Source of the DNA: an uncultured Collinsella sp.
GTDB lineage: Bacteria; Actinomycetota; Coriobacteriia; Coriobacteriales; Coriobacteriaceae
Length of the DNA: 64,000 nucleotides
Direction of reading: 5' to 3'
Assembly (NCBI GenBank): GCA_902490445.1
Contig: CABUDZ010000001.1
Span: 496-64,495 of the forward strand
Shown here: in pieces, positions 30,159-40,306 of the stretch
How the letters are laid out: every line of letters starts with the position of its first letter
How positions within the stretch are numbered: the first letter of the stretch is position 1
Made by a program: the position numbers and the translations under genes
The notes under the pieces: generated by a model
Databases searched by the model: none
What the model saw: only the letters and a program-made list of their open reading frames with translations
What the model was told of the DNA's origin: nothing

Positions 30159-30193
30159 AAAGGGCCCGGAAGGCTTCGCCTTCCGGGCCCTTT
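30159..30193 (+). terminator. Terminator of pyk
   Basis: AAAGGGCCCGGAAGGC-TTC-GCCTTCCGGGCCCTTT. Confidence 0.85.
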
Positions 30194-30342
30194 ATTTGTG
30201 CATCGATGCCTCCCGCACGGCATGACACGCAACCAGCTACTTATGGCATGCTATGAAATGTGCAGCTCGTTTGCCGTGTTTACGCCCTGCGACGGGAGCT
30301 GTTGGTCGATTGGGATGAGCTGTTCACTGCCGGGCCGGCCAG

Positions 30343-31191
30343 CTAGCAGCTAGCGATCAGGGGCAGAGCAGGAACACCGGGTGATGCGACGCGGGCGGCA
30401 AATCCCGCCTCGGTCAGCTCGATGACCTCGGTAAACGTTGTATCGAAAAACTCCTCAGTTAGCAAGCGATACGGCGGATGATCGGGCTGGCCGGGGTTTT
30501 CGCGTACAATCTCGTGCATAACGCCGATGGTCTTGAGCACATACTCCTTATGGATGGGATACTGACCAAAACGCGTCGCCGCAGTATACAGGCGATTGGT
30601 CGCGCGCGGAATCGAAACGATGCCGAGCGTCTTGCCAAACCAGTCAAAGTCGCCTTGCTTTTTAATGCGGAATTCCTCGCACGGCTTGCCGCCGTGCGCC
30701 TCCAGGTACTGATTCACGCGCGTATTCCATACGGTATCCGCCACCAGATGCGACCAGACGCCCAGCGTCAAATCGAGCAGCGACTGCGCCACGTCACCGG
30801 GCGCGAGCGAAAGCTCGCTAGCACCGGGACCGGCAACCGGCTCGGCGTCCTTGTAGCGTTGGGGATAATGCACCCGATTGAGTCGCTCGCGCTCCTCGGC
30901 GATCGAGGTCGCGGCAGCCGGCGTACCAACAGACGCCCCTTTGAGCAGCGGCGCCACATAGGTATCCCAGAACTCGTGCTCGCGCGGCTTAGGGATAGGC
31001 TCGGGGTTTGCAAAGTGCGTAATGCGATACGGAATGGGATCAGCGATACCAGGGACCATATAGCCCACGAAGATATCCGGAACCACGCAGCCAAACAAGA
31101 AGGCATTGCGGTCACGAACGCTATCGGCAAGCACGCCAGCACGCGCCAGCAAGCGCTCCGTTTGAGCGATATGAATGTTCCAACTTGGCAT
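30343..31191 (-). CDS. Zinc-dependent phospholipase C-like protein
   Basis: MPxxxIH start, LFGCVVPD, THF, GVWSHLVAD pattern. Confidence 0.7.
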   Translation of the reverse strand: MPSWNIHIAQTERLLARAGVLADSVRDRNAFLFGCVVPDIFVGYMVPGIADPIPYRITHFANPEPIPKPREHEFWDTYVAPLLKGASVGTPAAATSIAEERERLNRVHYPQRYKDAEPVAGPGASELSLAPGDVAQSLLDLTLGVWSHLVADTVWNTRVNQYLEAHGGKPCEEFRIKKQGDFDWFGKTLGIVSIPRATNRLYTAATRFGQYPIHKEYVLKTIGVMHEIVRENPGQPDHPPYRLLTEEFFDTTFTEVIELTEAGFAARVASPGVPALPLIASC

Positions 31192-31269
31192 AGCCACCCC
31201 CATAAAACCTGGTTAACTATACCATCACGGCAGAGTCGCACAGGCGGCCATACATACCCTACGCAGCAA

Positions 31270-32040
31270 CTATTCCGCAGCACCGCTTTCGGTTCCATAC
31301 GACGGCACGGGCGCCTCGACCACATGGTGATATCGATCGATATAGATGGCGCGGGCACCCAGGCGCCGCACCAAATCTTGATGATGCGTGCTTATCAAGA
31401 CCGTCTTGCCGGCAGCAACATAGGCCAGTAGAAAGTTGACCACGATGTCGCATGAGTCCTCGTCGAGCCCATTGGTAGGCTCGTCGAGGACCAAGATATC
31501 CGGGTTCATCGACACGACGGCCGCCAGCGCCACACGCTTCTTTTGCCCGCCCGAGAGCTGATAAGGCGAGGCGTCGGCAAGATCGGCAACCTGGAACAGC
31601 CCCATGGCATCGCGCACGCGGCGCTCGAGCTCGTCTGCCGGCAGTCCCATCTGCGCGGGACCAAACGCGACCTCCTCGCCGACTGTGGCGCAAAAGAGCT
31701 GCGCATCGGCATTCTGGAACACAAAGCCCACGCGCTGATGAAAACGATGAGCGGCCGCGGAATCCTTTAGAAACGCCGCATCGATCACGTGCCCGTCAAA
31801 CAGGTATGCCCCTGCGTCCGCGAGTTCAAGGCCGTTAATAAGGCGCATAATCGTCGTCTTGCCGCAGCCGTTGGGACCAAGCAGAGCAACGAGCTCCCCA
31901 CGGTTCACCCGCAATGAAACGCCGTCGACCACCGTATGACCCGCATAGGAAAACACCACGTCGCGAAACTCGATGAGCGGCGTGACCTCGGCGCCGGCAG
32001 CACCGCTCGCACCCATCGCGTTATTCGTATCGTTTGCCAA
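31270..32040 (-). CDS. cbiO: ECF transporter ATPase (CbiO/NikO)
   Basis: GPNGCGKT, VFQNADAQLF, LSGGQKKR, LDEP. Confidence 0.92.
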   Translation of the reverse strand: MANDTNNAMGASGAAGAEVTPLIEFRDVVFSYAGHTVVDGVSLRVNRGELVALLGPNGCGKTTIMRLINGLELADAGAYLFDGHVIDAAFLKDSAAAHRFHQRVGFVFQNADAQLFCATVGEEVAFGPAQMGLPADELERRVRDAMGLFQVADLADASPYQLSGGQKKRVALAAVVSMNPDILVLDEPTNGLDEDSCDIVVNFLLAYVAAGKTVLISTHHQDLVRRLGARAIYIDRYHHVVEAPVPSYGTESGAAE

Positions 32041-32084
32041 AACGCCGCCCTTCCCTACTCACATCGACAGTTCGACCGTCCGCG

Positions 32085-32921
32085 CTACAACACCGCGCAC
32101 AACACGACGAGCAACGCCACAACGGCCGCGTAAACGGCATCGCGCCAGTCAAACCCGGCGCGTGCAGGCGCCGGATACACGCCGGCAAAGCCGCGGCAAA
32201 GCATGGCCTCGTCCATCGCGCGGCTGCATTCCATCGCCTTGATAAACGTCATGCCCATGATACCCGCCAGCGAGTCGGTGCGCGAAAAACCCGTAGGCGC
32301 ACGACCCACGCTGCGCAGCATGACCGATTCGCACAGATCGTGCGCCGTGCGTCCCAGCACCTCGATATGCTTGAGCGCCATATCAAACGTAAAGATAACT
32401 TCGTCGGGCAGGTGCAGCATTTTGAGCGCCGCCGACATGCGGCTCCAGGTAAGCGTCCACGAAACACCCAGTACCAGCGACACATTAATAAACGTCTTGA
32501 GCGCGATCTTGAGCATGGCACCCGTGGCAGACGCGCCCAGCAGCAGGGCAGGCAGTGCCAGAACCACCGCGAGCCCCGCAGCGCCAAGCGCCGGCACAAA
32601 GGTTGCCCGCAGCCCGCGTACGGGGCGCACGGCAACGAGCACCAGCGCGACAGCCGCCATCAACATGAGGTACAGCGGGCTCTGCGTCAGGCACACGCAC
32701 AGAACGCAGAGGAACATCCCCACCAGGCGCACCGGGGCCGAAACGGAAGAAAGGGCGCGGTCGACCATCGACCCGCCCTCGTGCGCGCCTCCACCCAGGC
32801 GAACCCGTTCAAGCAGGCTCGCCAGGTGCAGGACATTCTTTTGCATCACACGATGCCGAGCCCCCAAGGGCTCATATCGCTCCTCGGCCGCAAGCCAGCT
32901 AGGCAGCTCGGCTATTGCCAT
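32085..32921 (-). CDS. cbiQ: ECF transporter T component (CbiQ/NikQ)
   Basis: Multi-TM protein with AMLCRGF motif; position in operon. Confidence 0.88.
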   Translation of the reverse strand: MAIAELPSWLAAEERYEPLGARHRVMQKNVLHLASLLERVRLGGGAHEGGSMVDRALSSVSAPVRLVGMFLCVLCVCLTQSPLYLMLMAAVALVLVAVRPVRGLRATFVPALGAAGLAVVLALPALLLGASATGAMLKIALKTFINVSLVLGVSWTLTWSRMSAALKMLHLPDEVIFTFDMALKHIEVLGRTAHDLCESVMLRSVGRAPTGFSRTDSLAGIMGMTFIKAMECSRAMDEAMLCRGFAGVYPAPARAGFDWRDAVYAAVVALLVVLCAVL

Positions 32922-33981
32922 GAGCACCGCTTTCCTTGACCGTCAGCGAGACCAGGCGGAATGCGATAGTGAGCACCGCCACGCCAATCACGCCCGAAAG
33001 AATATACATCGCGGCCTGGCCGGCAAAGCCAAGGCCCTGCTCCTCGGAATAGGCCTGCAGATAATCGCCCGTGGGCAGGGCATCGGCAAAGGTCGGGGTA
33101 TCGAGACCGACCGAAGCCTGCAGACTGTCGTCACCAGCCTCCTGAACGGCGGTCGCGGCGCCCTCGGCGTCCCACTCACCCCAGGCGTCACCGGTGGCAA
33201 GCAAGCCGAGCGGCGTAGCCACGACAAGCACGGCGACCAGAATGAGCGTGGGGATCAGGGAAGTCTTCTTGGCGGTACCATCGGCGGCAAGCTGGCCTTC
33301 GGCGGCCTCGGGGCCGACGATAATGCCCGGCGCCGTCTTCTTGATAAAGCCGTAGATCGCGGCCGTCGCCACGCCCTCGACCACACCGGCAACCAGCATA
33401 TGCGGGACCAACATGGCAGGAATAGCCACGGACAGCGGGAAGGGGCAGTACAGCGGGGCGCCCGAAGCGTTGGTGAAGAGCATCGGCTGAATACCGAACT
33501 CGACCGCCGCGCACAGAGCCGCCAGACACAGGCCGACCCAACCGCTCACGATGGCAGAAACCGAGGTGCCCCAGCTCTTGTCGTGCAGACGGCCGTTGAG
33601 CGCACGGAACACGATAGCAGCGGTAAACGGCAGCACAAAGGCCATGTTAAAGCAGTTGGCGCCAAAGGACAGAACGCCGCCGTCACCAAACAGCAGTGCC
33701 TGCAGCGCCAGTGCGACCGAGACCGCGATGGCAGCGGCCTCGGGACCCAGCAGCAGTGCGATGAGCGCGCCGCCAACGGCATGGCCAGTGGTACCGCCGG
33801 GCAGCGGCACGTTGAACATCATGAGCAAGAAGGAGAATGCGGCGCAGATGCCCAGGAACGCCATATGCTCGCGATCGAGCGTGGCGCGCACCTTTTTGAT
33901 GCAGTGAACCCATACGGGCACCATCGCCACCGCCATAACGGCATCGGTCTGCGGGGACAGATAATTATCGGGAATATGCAT
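32899..33981 (-). CDS. cbiM: Ni/Co ECF substrate component, NikMN/CbiM-type fusion
   Basis: MHIPDNYL N-terminus, GGTTGH, FGDGG, C-terminal AWGEW domain. Confidence 0.92.
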   Translation of the reverse strand: MHIPDNYLSPQTDAVMAVAMVPVWVHCIKKVRATLDREHMAFLGICAAFSFLLMMFNVPLPGGTTGHAVGGALIALLLGPEAAAIAVSVALALQALLFGDGGVLSFGANCFNMAFVLPFTAAIVFRALNGRLHDKSWGTSVSAIVSGWVGLCLAALCAAVEFGIQPMLFTNASGAPLYCPFPLSVAIPAMLVPHMLVAGVVEGVATAAIYGFIKKTAPGIIVGPEAAEGQLAADGTAKKTSLIPTLILVAVLVVATPLGLLATGDAWGEWDAEGAATAVQEAGDDSLQASVGLDTPTFADALPTGDYLQAYSEEQGLGFAGQAAMYILSGVIGVAVLTIAFRLVSLTVKESGAHGNSRAA

Positions 33982-34005
33982 GAGTCCTCTCAATCAGAAC
34001 GTTGT

Positions 34006-34033
34006 GTGTTACGTTTCCAACAATCCGTAACAC
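34006..34033. promoter_or_regulatory. NikR-like operator
   Basis: GTGTTA-N16-TAACAC palindrome 25 bp upstream of the cbiM/nikM start; same spacing as GTATGA-N16-TCATAC. Confidence 0.65.
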
Positions 34034-34200
34034 CGACTCTGCATACTAACAAAAAGGCGCACCGCCCACAACGCAGCACGCCCTTGCAATACGTACGTTA
34101 TTAACCCAGGTCCACGCACCGCCCAATAAAGGGCCCATGCACTCCCAACTTTCCGGTCACCCGGAAGAAGGTGCAGTCCGCTCGCAACAAGGTTAACGCA

Positions 34201-34295
34201 GGAACCCGCCCCCGAGAGGGGTTTTCTAAGGCAACATCCCGCAGCCGCGAAGCGGCGAGAACGTTGCCGTGAAAACCCCGCAGGGGGCGGGTTCC
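34201..34295. repeat. Structured dispersed repeat, copy B
   Basis: Homologous to 25446-25534. Confidence 0.8.
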
Positions 34296-34307
34296 GAACA
34301 GCAAAGA

Positions 34308-36761
34308 TTACGAGCGGACTTCGCCGTTTACGCCCTTGCACACCTTGGTGACGATCTTCTGGTGCGCCTTCTCGACCTCTTCGCTGGTAAGCGTGTGGTC
34401 GTCCGAGCGATACGTGAGCGCAAAGGCCATGGACTTCTTGCCCTTGCCGATACGAACCGGATCGCGGTAGACATCGAACAGGCGCACGCCCTCGAGCAGC
34501 TTGCCGCCGGCGCTGGTAATACGGCGCTCAAGATCCTCGCAGGTCACGGAGTTATCGACCACGATAGCAAGGTCGTGCTCAACGGCCGGGTACTGCGAGA
34601 ACTCGCGGTAGTTCTCCTGGTTGCGGGCGCCCTTGATGAGCTTGTCCAGATCGAGCTCAAAGGCAACGACGACCTCATCGATGCCCATCGCCTCGCGCGC
34701 CTCGGGGTGAATCTCGCCGACCCAGCCCAGCACGGTGCCGCCGGACAGAACCTCGGCCGCACGACCCGGCTGCAAAAAGGCATAGCCCTCGCCCTCGACG
34801 GGACGGAAGCGAACCTTCTCGATGCGCAGCTGGGCGAGCAGCTCCTCGACGATACCCTTGCCAAAGAAGAAACGCAGTTTACGGTACTTCATGTTCCAGG
34901 ACTGCTCGCTCCACTGGCCCGAGAGCACACCCGCGACGGACTTGGTCTCCTTGGGCAGGCTGGCATTCTCGCGACCATGGAACAGGCTGCCGACCTCGTA
35001 CAGGTGCACGTTGGGCGTGCCGTGGGCCTCGTTATAGGCAACGGACTGCAGTAGGCCCGGCAACAGCGAGCGGCGCATCTCGGTCTGCTCGGCCACCAGC
35101 GGGTTCATGAGCACCACGGGGCAGCCGCGGCCCTCGGTGGACATGCCGATCTTCTCCAGGTCGCCCGGGGCGGCAAAGCCAAAGGTCGTGGTCTCGTTAA
35201 GACCGCAGGCGCGCAGGATCTCGCCGACCTTGCGGGTGAGCTTTTGCTCGCGGGTCAGGCCGCCGATGTGGTTCTTGGCAGCCGGGATTGTCGCCGTCAC
35301 GCGGCCCATGCCCCATAGGCGCAGGACCTCCTCGATCAGGTCAATCTCGCGCGGCAGGTCTGGGCGGAAGCTCGGCGGGGTAACCATAAAGTCCTCACCG
35401 TCGCGTTCGACGGTGCAGCCCAGACGGGTGAGCGAACGCTCGATAAAGTCGGGCTCGATATCGGCACCGCAGATGGCGTGCACGCGGGCCAGGCGCAGCT
35501 TAATGCTGTCGATGGTCTTGGGCGCGGGGAAAACGTCGACATAACCGGGAGCAACCTCGCCGCCGGCAATCTCCTCGATGAGCGCGCAGGTAACGTTGGC
35601 GACATCCACGCAGCCGGTCTCGTCGACCTGGCGCTCAAAGCGGATGGAGGCGTCGGAGATCAGCGATAGGTCACGGCTGGTGTGCGAGGTGCGGCCGGCG
35701 TTGAAGCAGGCGCTCTCGACCATCACGTCAACGGTATCGTCCTCGATCTCGGAATCCATGCCGCCCATGACACCGGCCAGCGCCACGGGACGCTCGCCGT
35801 CGGTGATGAGGCCCATGCCGGCGTCGAGCACGCGCTCCTCGCCGTCGAGCGTCGTGAACTTCTCGTCCTGCTGGGCGGCGCGAACCACCACACGACGGTG
35901 ACCATCGCGCGCGGCAAAGGTGTCCAGGCCAAAGGCGTGCAGCGGCTGACCGGTGAGCATCATCACATAGTTGGTGATGTCGACGATGTTGTTGTGCGGG
36001 CGCACGCCCAGGGCGTTAAGGCGCTTGACCATCCAGTCGGGCGACGGGCCGACCTTGACGTTGCGCACGATGCGGGCAACGTAGCGGTCGCACAGGCCCT
36101 CGTCGGCAATCTCGACGGAAAGCTCGTCGTCGGTCGCGCGGCCGGTCTCGGCCTTGATGGCGGGCAGCTCTACGTGAAAATCGCGGTCGAAGATGGCGCC
36201 GGTCTCGCGGGCCATACCGATCATAGACAGGCAGTCGGGGCGGTTGGGCGTGATCTCGCAGTCGAGCACGGTATCGCTCGAGCCCACATACTCGGCAAAC
36301 GGCATGCCGCAGGGCGTATCCTCGGGCAGGATCATAATGCCGGAGTGGTCGCCGCCCAGACCGAGCTCGCGCGCGGAGCAGTTCATGCCCATGGACACGA
36401 CGCCGCGAAGCTTGCTCTTCTTGATCTTGATGTCGCCGGGCAGCTCGGCACCGATCATGGCCGTGACGATGTGGTCGCCGGCCTCAAAGTTCTGCGCGCC
36501 GCAGACAATCTGCAGCGGAGCGGGGTTGCCGTCGGCGTCGAGGTTCTTGTCGCCCACATCGACCGAGCACACATACATGTGGTCGCTATCGGGGTGCGGG
36601 GTCTTGGTGAGCACCTTGGCGGTCACCACGTGGTCGAAGGACTCGCCCACGGTGTCGATCGCCTCGACCTCGGTTCCGGTACGGATATATTCGTCCGAAA
36701 GGGTCTTAGGATCCTCCGGAATATCGATCATGGTCTTGAGCCAGTCGTAAGAAACACGCAT
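34308..36761 (-). CDS. pheT: Phenylalanine--tRNA ligase beta subunit
   Basis: IVCGA, ITPNRPDCLS, VDITNYV, RFER, DLIEEV, C-terminal FDX-ACB domain. Confidence 0.98.
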   Translation of the reverse strand: MRVSYDWLKTMIDIPEDPKTLSDEYIRTGTEVEAIDTVGESFDHVVTAKVLTKTPHPDSDHMYVCSVDVGDKNLDADGNPAPLQIVCGAQNFEAGDHIVTAMIGAELPGDIKIKKSKLRGVVSMGMNCSARELGLGGDHSGIMILPEDTPCGMPFAEYVGSSDTVLDCEITPNRPDCLSMIGMARETGAIFDRDFHVELPAIKAETGRATDDELSVEIADEGLCDRYVARIVRNVKVGPSPDWMVKRLNALGVRPHNNIVDITNYVMMLTGQPLHAFGLDTFAARDGHRRVVVRAAQQDEKFTTLDGEERVLDAGMGLITDGERPVALAGVMGGMDSEIEDDTVDVMVESACFNAGRTSHTSRDLSLISDASIRFERQVDETGCVDVANVTCALIEEIAGGEVAPGYVDVFPAPKTIDSIKLRLARVHAICGADIEPDFIERSLTRLGCTVERDGEDFMVTPPSFRPDLPREIDLIEEVLRLWGMGRVTATIPAAKNHIGGLTREQKLTRKVGEILRACGLNETTTFGFAAPGDLEKIGMSTEGRGCPVVLMNPLVAEQTEMRRSLLPGLLQSVAYNEAHGTPNVHLYEVGSLFHGRENASLPKETKSVAGVLSGQWSEQSWNMKYRKLRFFFGKGIVEELLAQLRIEKVRFRPVEGEGYAFLQPGRAAEVLSGGTVLGWVGEIHPEAREAMGIDEVVVAFELDLDKLIKGARNQENYREFSQYPAVEHDLAIVVDNSVTCEDLERRITSAGGKLLEGVRLFDVYRDPVRIGKGKKSMAFALTYRSDDHTLTSEEVEKAHQKIVTKVCKGVNGEVRS

Positions 36762-36945
36762 CTAGCTCTCCTTTCATACTGAAAGCCTGCGAAGAGATGC
36801 AGGTGGAAACTTCAACTTTGTGAACATTCCTTACAAAGCGAGGGTTGTCCAAGTGCGGCAGATCGGCCCGAAAGAGGAGTGCCGCGTACTTTGGTACGCA
36901 AGCGACGAATGAGCGCCGAGGTGCCGTGCTTGGGCAAGCCGCAGC

Positions 36946-38022
36946 CTAGAACTGATTCAAGAAGCGCATATCGCCTGTCATGAGCGTTCTGAGGTCGGGC
37001 AGGTCGTAGCGCAGGGCCGCGACGCGCTCGGCGCCAATGCCAAAGGCGAAGCCGGTGTACTTCTCGGGGTCGATGCCGCAGTTGATCAGGACGTTGGGGT
37101 CGACCATGCCGCAGCCCAGGATCTCGATCCAGCCGCTGTGCTTGCAGAAGTTGCAGCCCTTGCCGCCGCACACGTGGCAGCTCACGTCCACCTCGCAGCT
37201 GGGCTCGGTGAAGGGGAAGAAGTGTGGGCGATAGCGCGTCTTGCGGTCCTCGCCAAACATGCACTTAACAAAGTGGTCGAGCGTGCCCTTAAGGTCGCCA
37301 AAGGTAATGCCCTCGTCGACGACCAGGCCCTCGATCTGGTTGAACTGCGGCAGGTGACAGGCATCGGCCGTGTCGGGACGGTAGACGGTGCCCGGGCAGA
37401 TCATGTAGATGGGCGGCTTCTGCGACTCCATAGTGTGGATCTGCACGCCCGAGGTCTGGGTGCGCAGCAGCACGTCGGACTCGCCGTGGGCGTGGGCCTC
37501 GGGGTGCGCGACGCTGCCGGGGTTATTGTCGACCACGTAGAAGGTATCGCGGGCCGAGCGGCTCGGGTGATCCATGGGGGCGTTGAGCGCGGTGAAGTTG
37601 TAGTAGGAGGTGTCGACCATGGGACCGGACTCGACGGTGTAGCCGATGCCGCAGAAGATGTCCTCGGCCTCCTCGATGATCTGCTTGATCAGGTGCTGGT
37701 GGCCGATCTGCGGACGGATGCCCGGCAGCGTGATGTCGACGGCGTCGTGCTCGAGTGCGCGCTTGAGGGCGGCGGCCTTCATCTCGGTGTTGCGCTCGTC
37801 GAGCATGCCCTCGATCAGCTGGCGCATCTCGTTGGCGCGCTTGCCCATCACGGGACGATCCTCGGGGGCGAGTTTGCCCATCATGCGCATCAGGCCGGTG
37901 ATGCGGCCCTTGCGGCCGAGCAGCTCAACGCGCGCAGCCTCGAGCTTGGCTGCGTCGTCGGCGCCTGCGACGAGCTCCTTGGCCTCTTCCTCGAGTTTGA
38001 CCAGATCATCAATCAGACTCAT
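36946..38022 (-). CDS. pheS: Phenylalanine--tRNA ligase alpha subunit
   Basis: HPSR..DTFY, LLRTQTS, FPFTEPS, WIEILGCG, GFAFGIGAER. Confidence 0.98.
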   Translation of the reverse strand: MSLIDDLVKLEEEAKELVAGADDAAKLEAARVELLGRKGRITGLMRMMGKLAPEDRPVMGKRANEMRQLIEGMLDERNTEMKAAALKRALEHDAVDITLPGIRPQIGHQHLIKQIIEEAEDIFCGIGYTVESGPMVDTSYYNFTALNAPMDHPSRSARDTFYVVDNNPGSVAHPEAHAHGESDVLLRTQTSGVQIHTMESQKPPIYMICPGTVYRPDTADACHLPQFNQIEGLVVDEGITFGDLKGTLDHFVKCMFGEDRKTRYRPHFFPFTEPSCEVDVSCHVCGGKGCNFCKHSGWIEILGCGMVDPNVLINCGIDPEKYTGFAFGIGAERVAALRYDLPDLRTLMTGDMRFLNQF

Positions 38023-38107
38023 GTCTTCCCTTTCGTCTCTCGCGCTCTCCGTTTGCCGAGGCGGCTGCCGCCGTCTGACGTTGCGAAAACGCGGCCCGGT
38101 TCGGTAA

Positions 38108-38392
38108 TAAAAAACCGTCCTCGGGCATGTGCATTGCCCAAGGACGGTTGAATTCCGCGGTACCACCTTGTTTGACCCGGCGGATGTCTGGCCCGCCGTG
38201 CCCACTCTGCGCCCCTTATCGCGAGGCTCACGGCTTCCCTACTGGGGCTTCGCCGCCGCTGGCCGCGCGCCCGTTGAGGTCGCTGCTCGGGAGTGAACGC
38301 TTGGCCCTTGCCACCGCAGGAAGGCTTGCAGCCCATGACCTTCCCTCTCTTGCCGGCGACGCGGCGGGCAAAACCCTCTCCGTCAACGCATT
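38108..38392 (-). ncRNA. T-box leader (Phe specifier) with transcription terminator
   Basis: Stem I with AGAGA and GCTG elements, specifier loop GCGTTCAC (UUC), AAGGTGGTACCGCG T-box, hairpin ACCGTCCTTGGGCA...TGCCCGAGGACGGT followed by a T-tract. Confidence 0.92.
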
Positions 38393-38526
38393 GGGCTACA
38401 GGATAACACATTCTGCGAGCATATCGCCGCGTTCCGTTTTGTCCGCACTGGGTACAAGGCAGGTAGCTGTGCAAACTGGCCGTGCGCCCATCCATGGCGC
38501 TCGGCTCGCGAGATCAAGGATATGGT

Positions 38527-40101
38527 ATGGGTGAGAAGCACGATAAGAAGGCCAAGCCCGCAGTGGGCAAGACGCCCAAAGGCATGAAGGTCGATAAGGC
38601 TGTCAAAAAATTCCGTAAGCTCGAGGGCAAGCTGTGGACCCGCGAGTACCTGCTCAAGATTGCCGAGTTCGATGGCGCGACGATTGCTCCCGCCAACGGC
38701 GCCGCGGCCCGCGCCGATGCTATGGGCACCCTTGCCGGCGAACATCACAAGCTCCTGACCAGCAAAAAGTCCGTTGAGCTCGTGCGCTCTCTCGCGCGTG
38801 AGACAGTCGCGGGCGAAAAGATCGACGACCCGCAACTGCTCGACGAGATTCGCGTGCTCGGCCGCGACCAGCGCGAGGCAAGCGCCATTCCCACCGAAGA
38901 AGCCGAGGCCTGGACCAGGCTCACCTGCGAGGCCGATGCCGTGTGGCACAAGGCCAAGGCGGCCAATGACTGGGCGAGCTTTGAGCCCTATGTGGACAGA
39001 ATCGTCGCCCAACTTAAGCATCAGGCCGAGCTCATGGACCCCAAGCGCGATCCATACGACGTTTGGCTCGACCAGTACGAGCGTGGCCTTTCCGCCAAGA
39101 GCTTCGACGCGTTTTGCGATGAGGTCAAGGCGACGGTCGTGCCGCTCGTGCACGCCATCGGCGAACGCGGTCAGCAACCCGCTGCAGACTTTTTGCACGC
39201 CCACGTGCCCGAGGCCGCTCAGCGCGCCATGAGCTTCGACCTGATGAAACTCGTCGGCCTTAACCTGGACGATACCACGCTCGCCTTTACCGAGCATCCG
39301 TTTAGCGAGGGCTTCTCGGTGGGCGACGCGCGCATCGCCACGCACATCTACGAGGACGACTGTATCTCCAACGTCTACAGCATCATCCACGAGGCCGGTC
39401 ATACCATGTACGAGCTGGGCGTGAGCCCCGCTTACGCGCGCACCTGCCTGGAGGGCGGCACCTCCATGGGCATCCACGAGAGCCAGAGCCGCTTCTTTGA
39501 GAACACCGTGGGTCGCAGTCGCGCCTTTATGGGACCGCTGCTCGAGGTGCTGCGCCGTCACGCGCCCGAGGTCTACGGCGACGTCGACGAGGACACGCTC
39601 TACCGCGCCGTGAACATCGCGCAGCCGTCGCTAATCCGCACCGAGGCCGACGAGCTCACCTACCCGCTGCATATTATGGTGCGCTACCAGATCGAACGTA
39701 TGCTGTTTGCCGGCGAGGCCACGGCCAAGGATATCCCCGCGCTTTGGAATCGTTTTATGGACGAGTATCTGGGCATTCCCGTTCCCGACGACACACACGG
39801 CTGCCTGCAGGATACGCACTGGAGCGGTGGCTCGTTTGGCTACTTCCCCACCTATGCGCTGGGCAGCGCTTACGACGCCATGTTTGTGCCGGCCATGTGC
39901 CGCGACGGTGTCGACCTCAACGGCGCCTGTGCGAGCGGCGATCTGACATCGGTCCGTGCCTGGCTGGGCGAACACATTTGGCAGTGGGGTCGCGCCAAGG
40001 ACGCGCCGGAGCTCATCAAGGGCGCGTGCGGCATGGCGTTCGATGCCCGCTACTACTGCAGCTACCTGCAGGACAAGTTCACCACACTGTACGAGCTGTA
40101 A
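38527..40101 (+). CDS. Carboxypeptidase, M32 family
   Basis: HPF, HEAGH, GIHESQS, IRTEADE, QDTHW, GYFPTYALG. Confidence 0.96.
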   Translation: MGEKHDKKAKPAVGKTPKGMKVDKAVKKFRKLEGKLWTREYLLKIAEFDGATIAPANGAAARADAMGTLAGEHHKLLTSKKSVELVRSLARETVAGEKIDDPQLLDEIRVLGRDQREASAIPTEEAEAWTRLTCEADAVWHKAKAANDWASFEPYVDRIVAQLKHQAELMDPKRDPYDVWLDQYERGLSAKSFDAFCDEVKATVVPLVHAIGERGQQPAADFLHAHVPEAAQRAMSFDLMKLVGLNLDDTTLAFTEHPFSEGFSVGDARIATHIYEDDCISNVYSIIHEAGHTMYELGVSPAYARTCLEGGTSMGIHESQSRFFENTVGRSRAFMGPLLEVLRRHAPEVYGDVDEDTLYRAVNIAQPSLIRTEADELTYPLHIMVRYQIERMLFAGEATAKDIPALWNRFMDEYLGIPVPDDTHGCLQDTHWSGGSFGYFPTYALGSAYDAMFVPAMCRDGVDLNGACASGDLTSVRAWLGEHIWQWGRAKDAPELIKGACGMAFDARYYCSYLQDKFTTLYEL

Positions 40102-40306
40102 GGATTGACCAGCACGCCATCGCCAACGCCAACTATGTTGACGCCAATGTCTTGGCAACGTCAGCGAAAACGACCCTAAGCGAGCAAGGTGACGTGAAAT
40201 GAAAGGGCGCTGACCTTCTGGTCGCGCCCTTGAAATTGAACGTCAGATTGCCGCTTAGGGGCGTTTGCAGCGTCGAGCAGTTACGCGGTTTGGTAAAACC
40301 GCGTAA

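Noticed and set aside
28631..30232. Long antisense ORFs (533 aa opposite pyk, and similar ones opposite serS, metG, the P-type ATPase, cbiMQ and the McrB-like gene)
   Set aside because: Shadow frames produced by high GC3 codon bias; they overlap clearly identified genes and have no motifs
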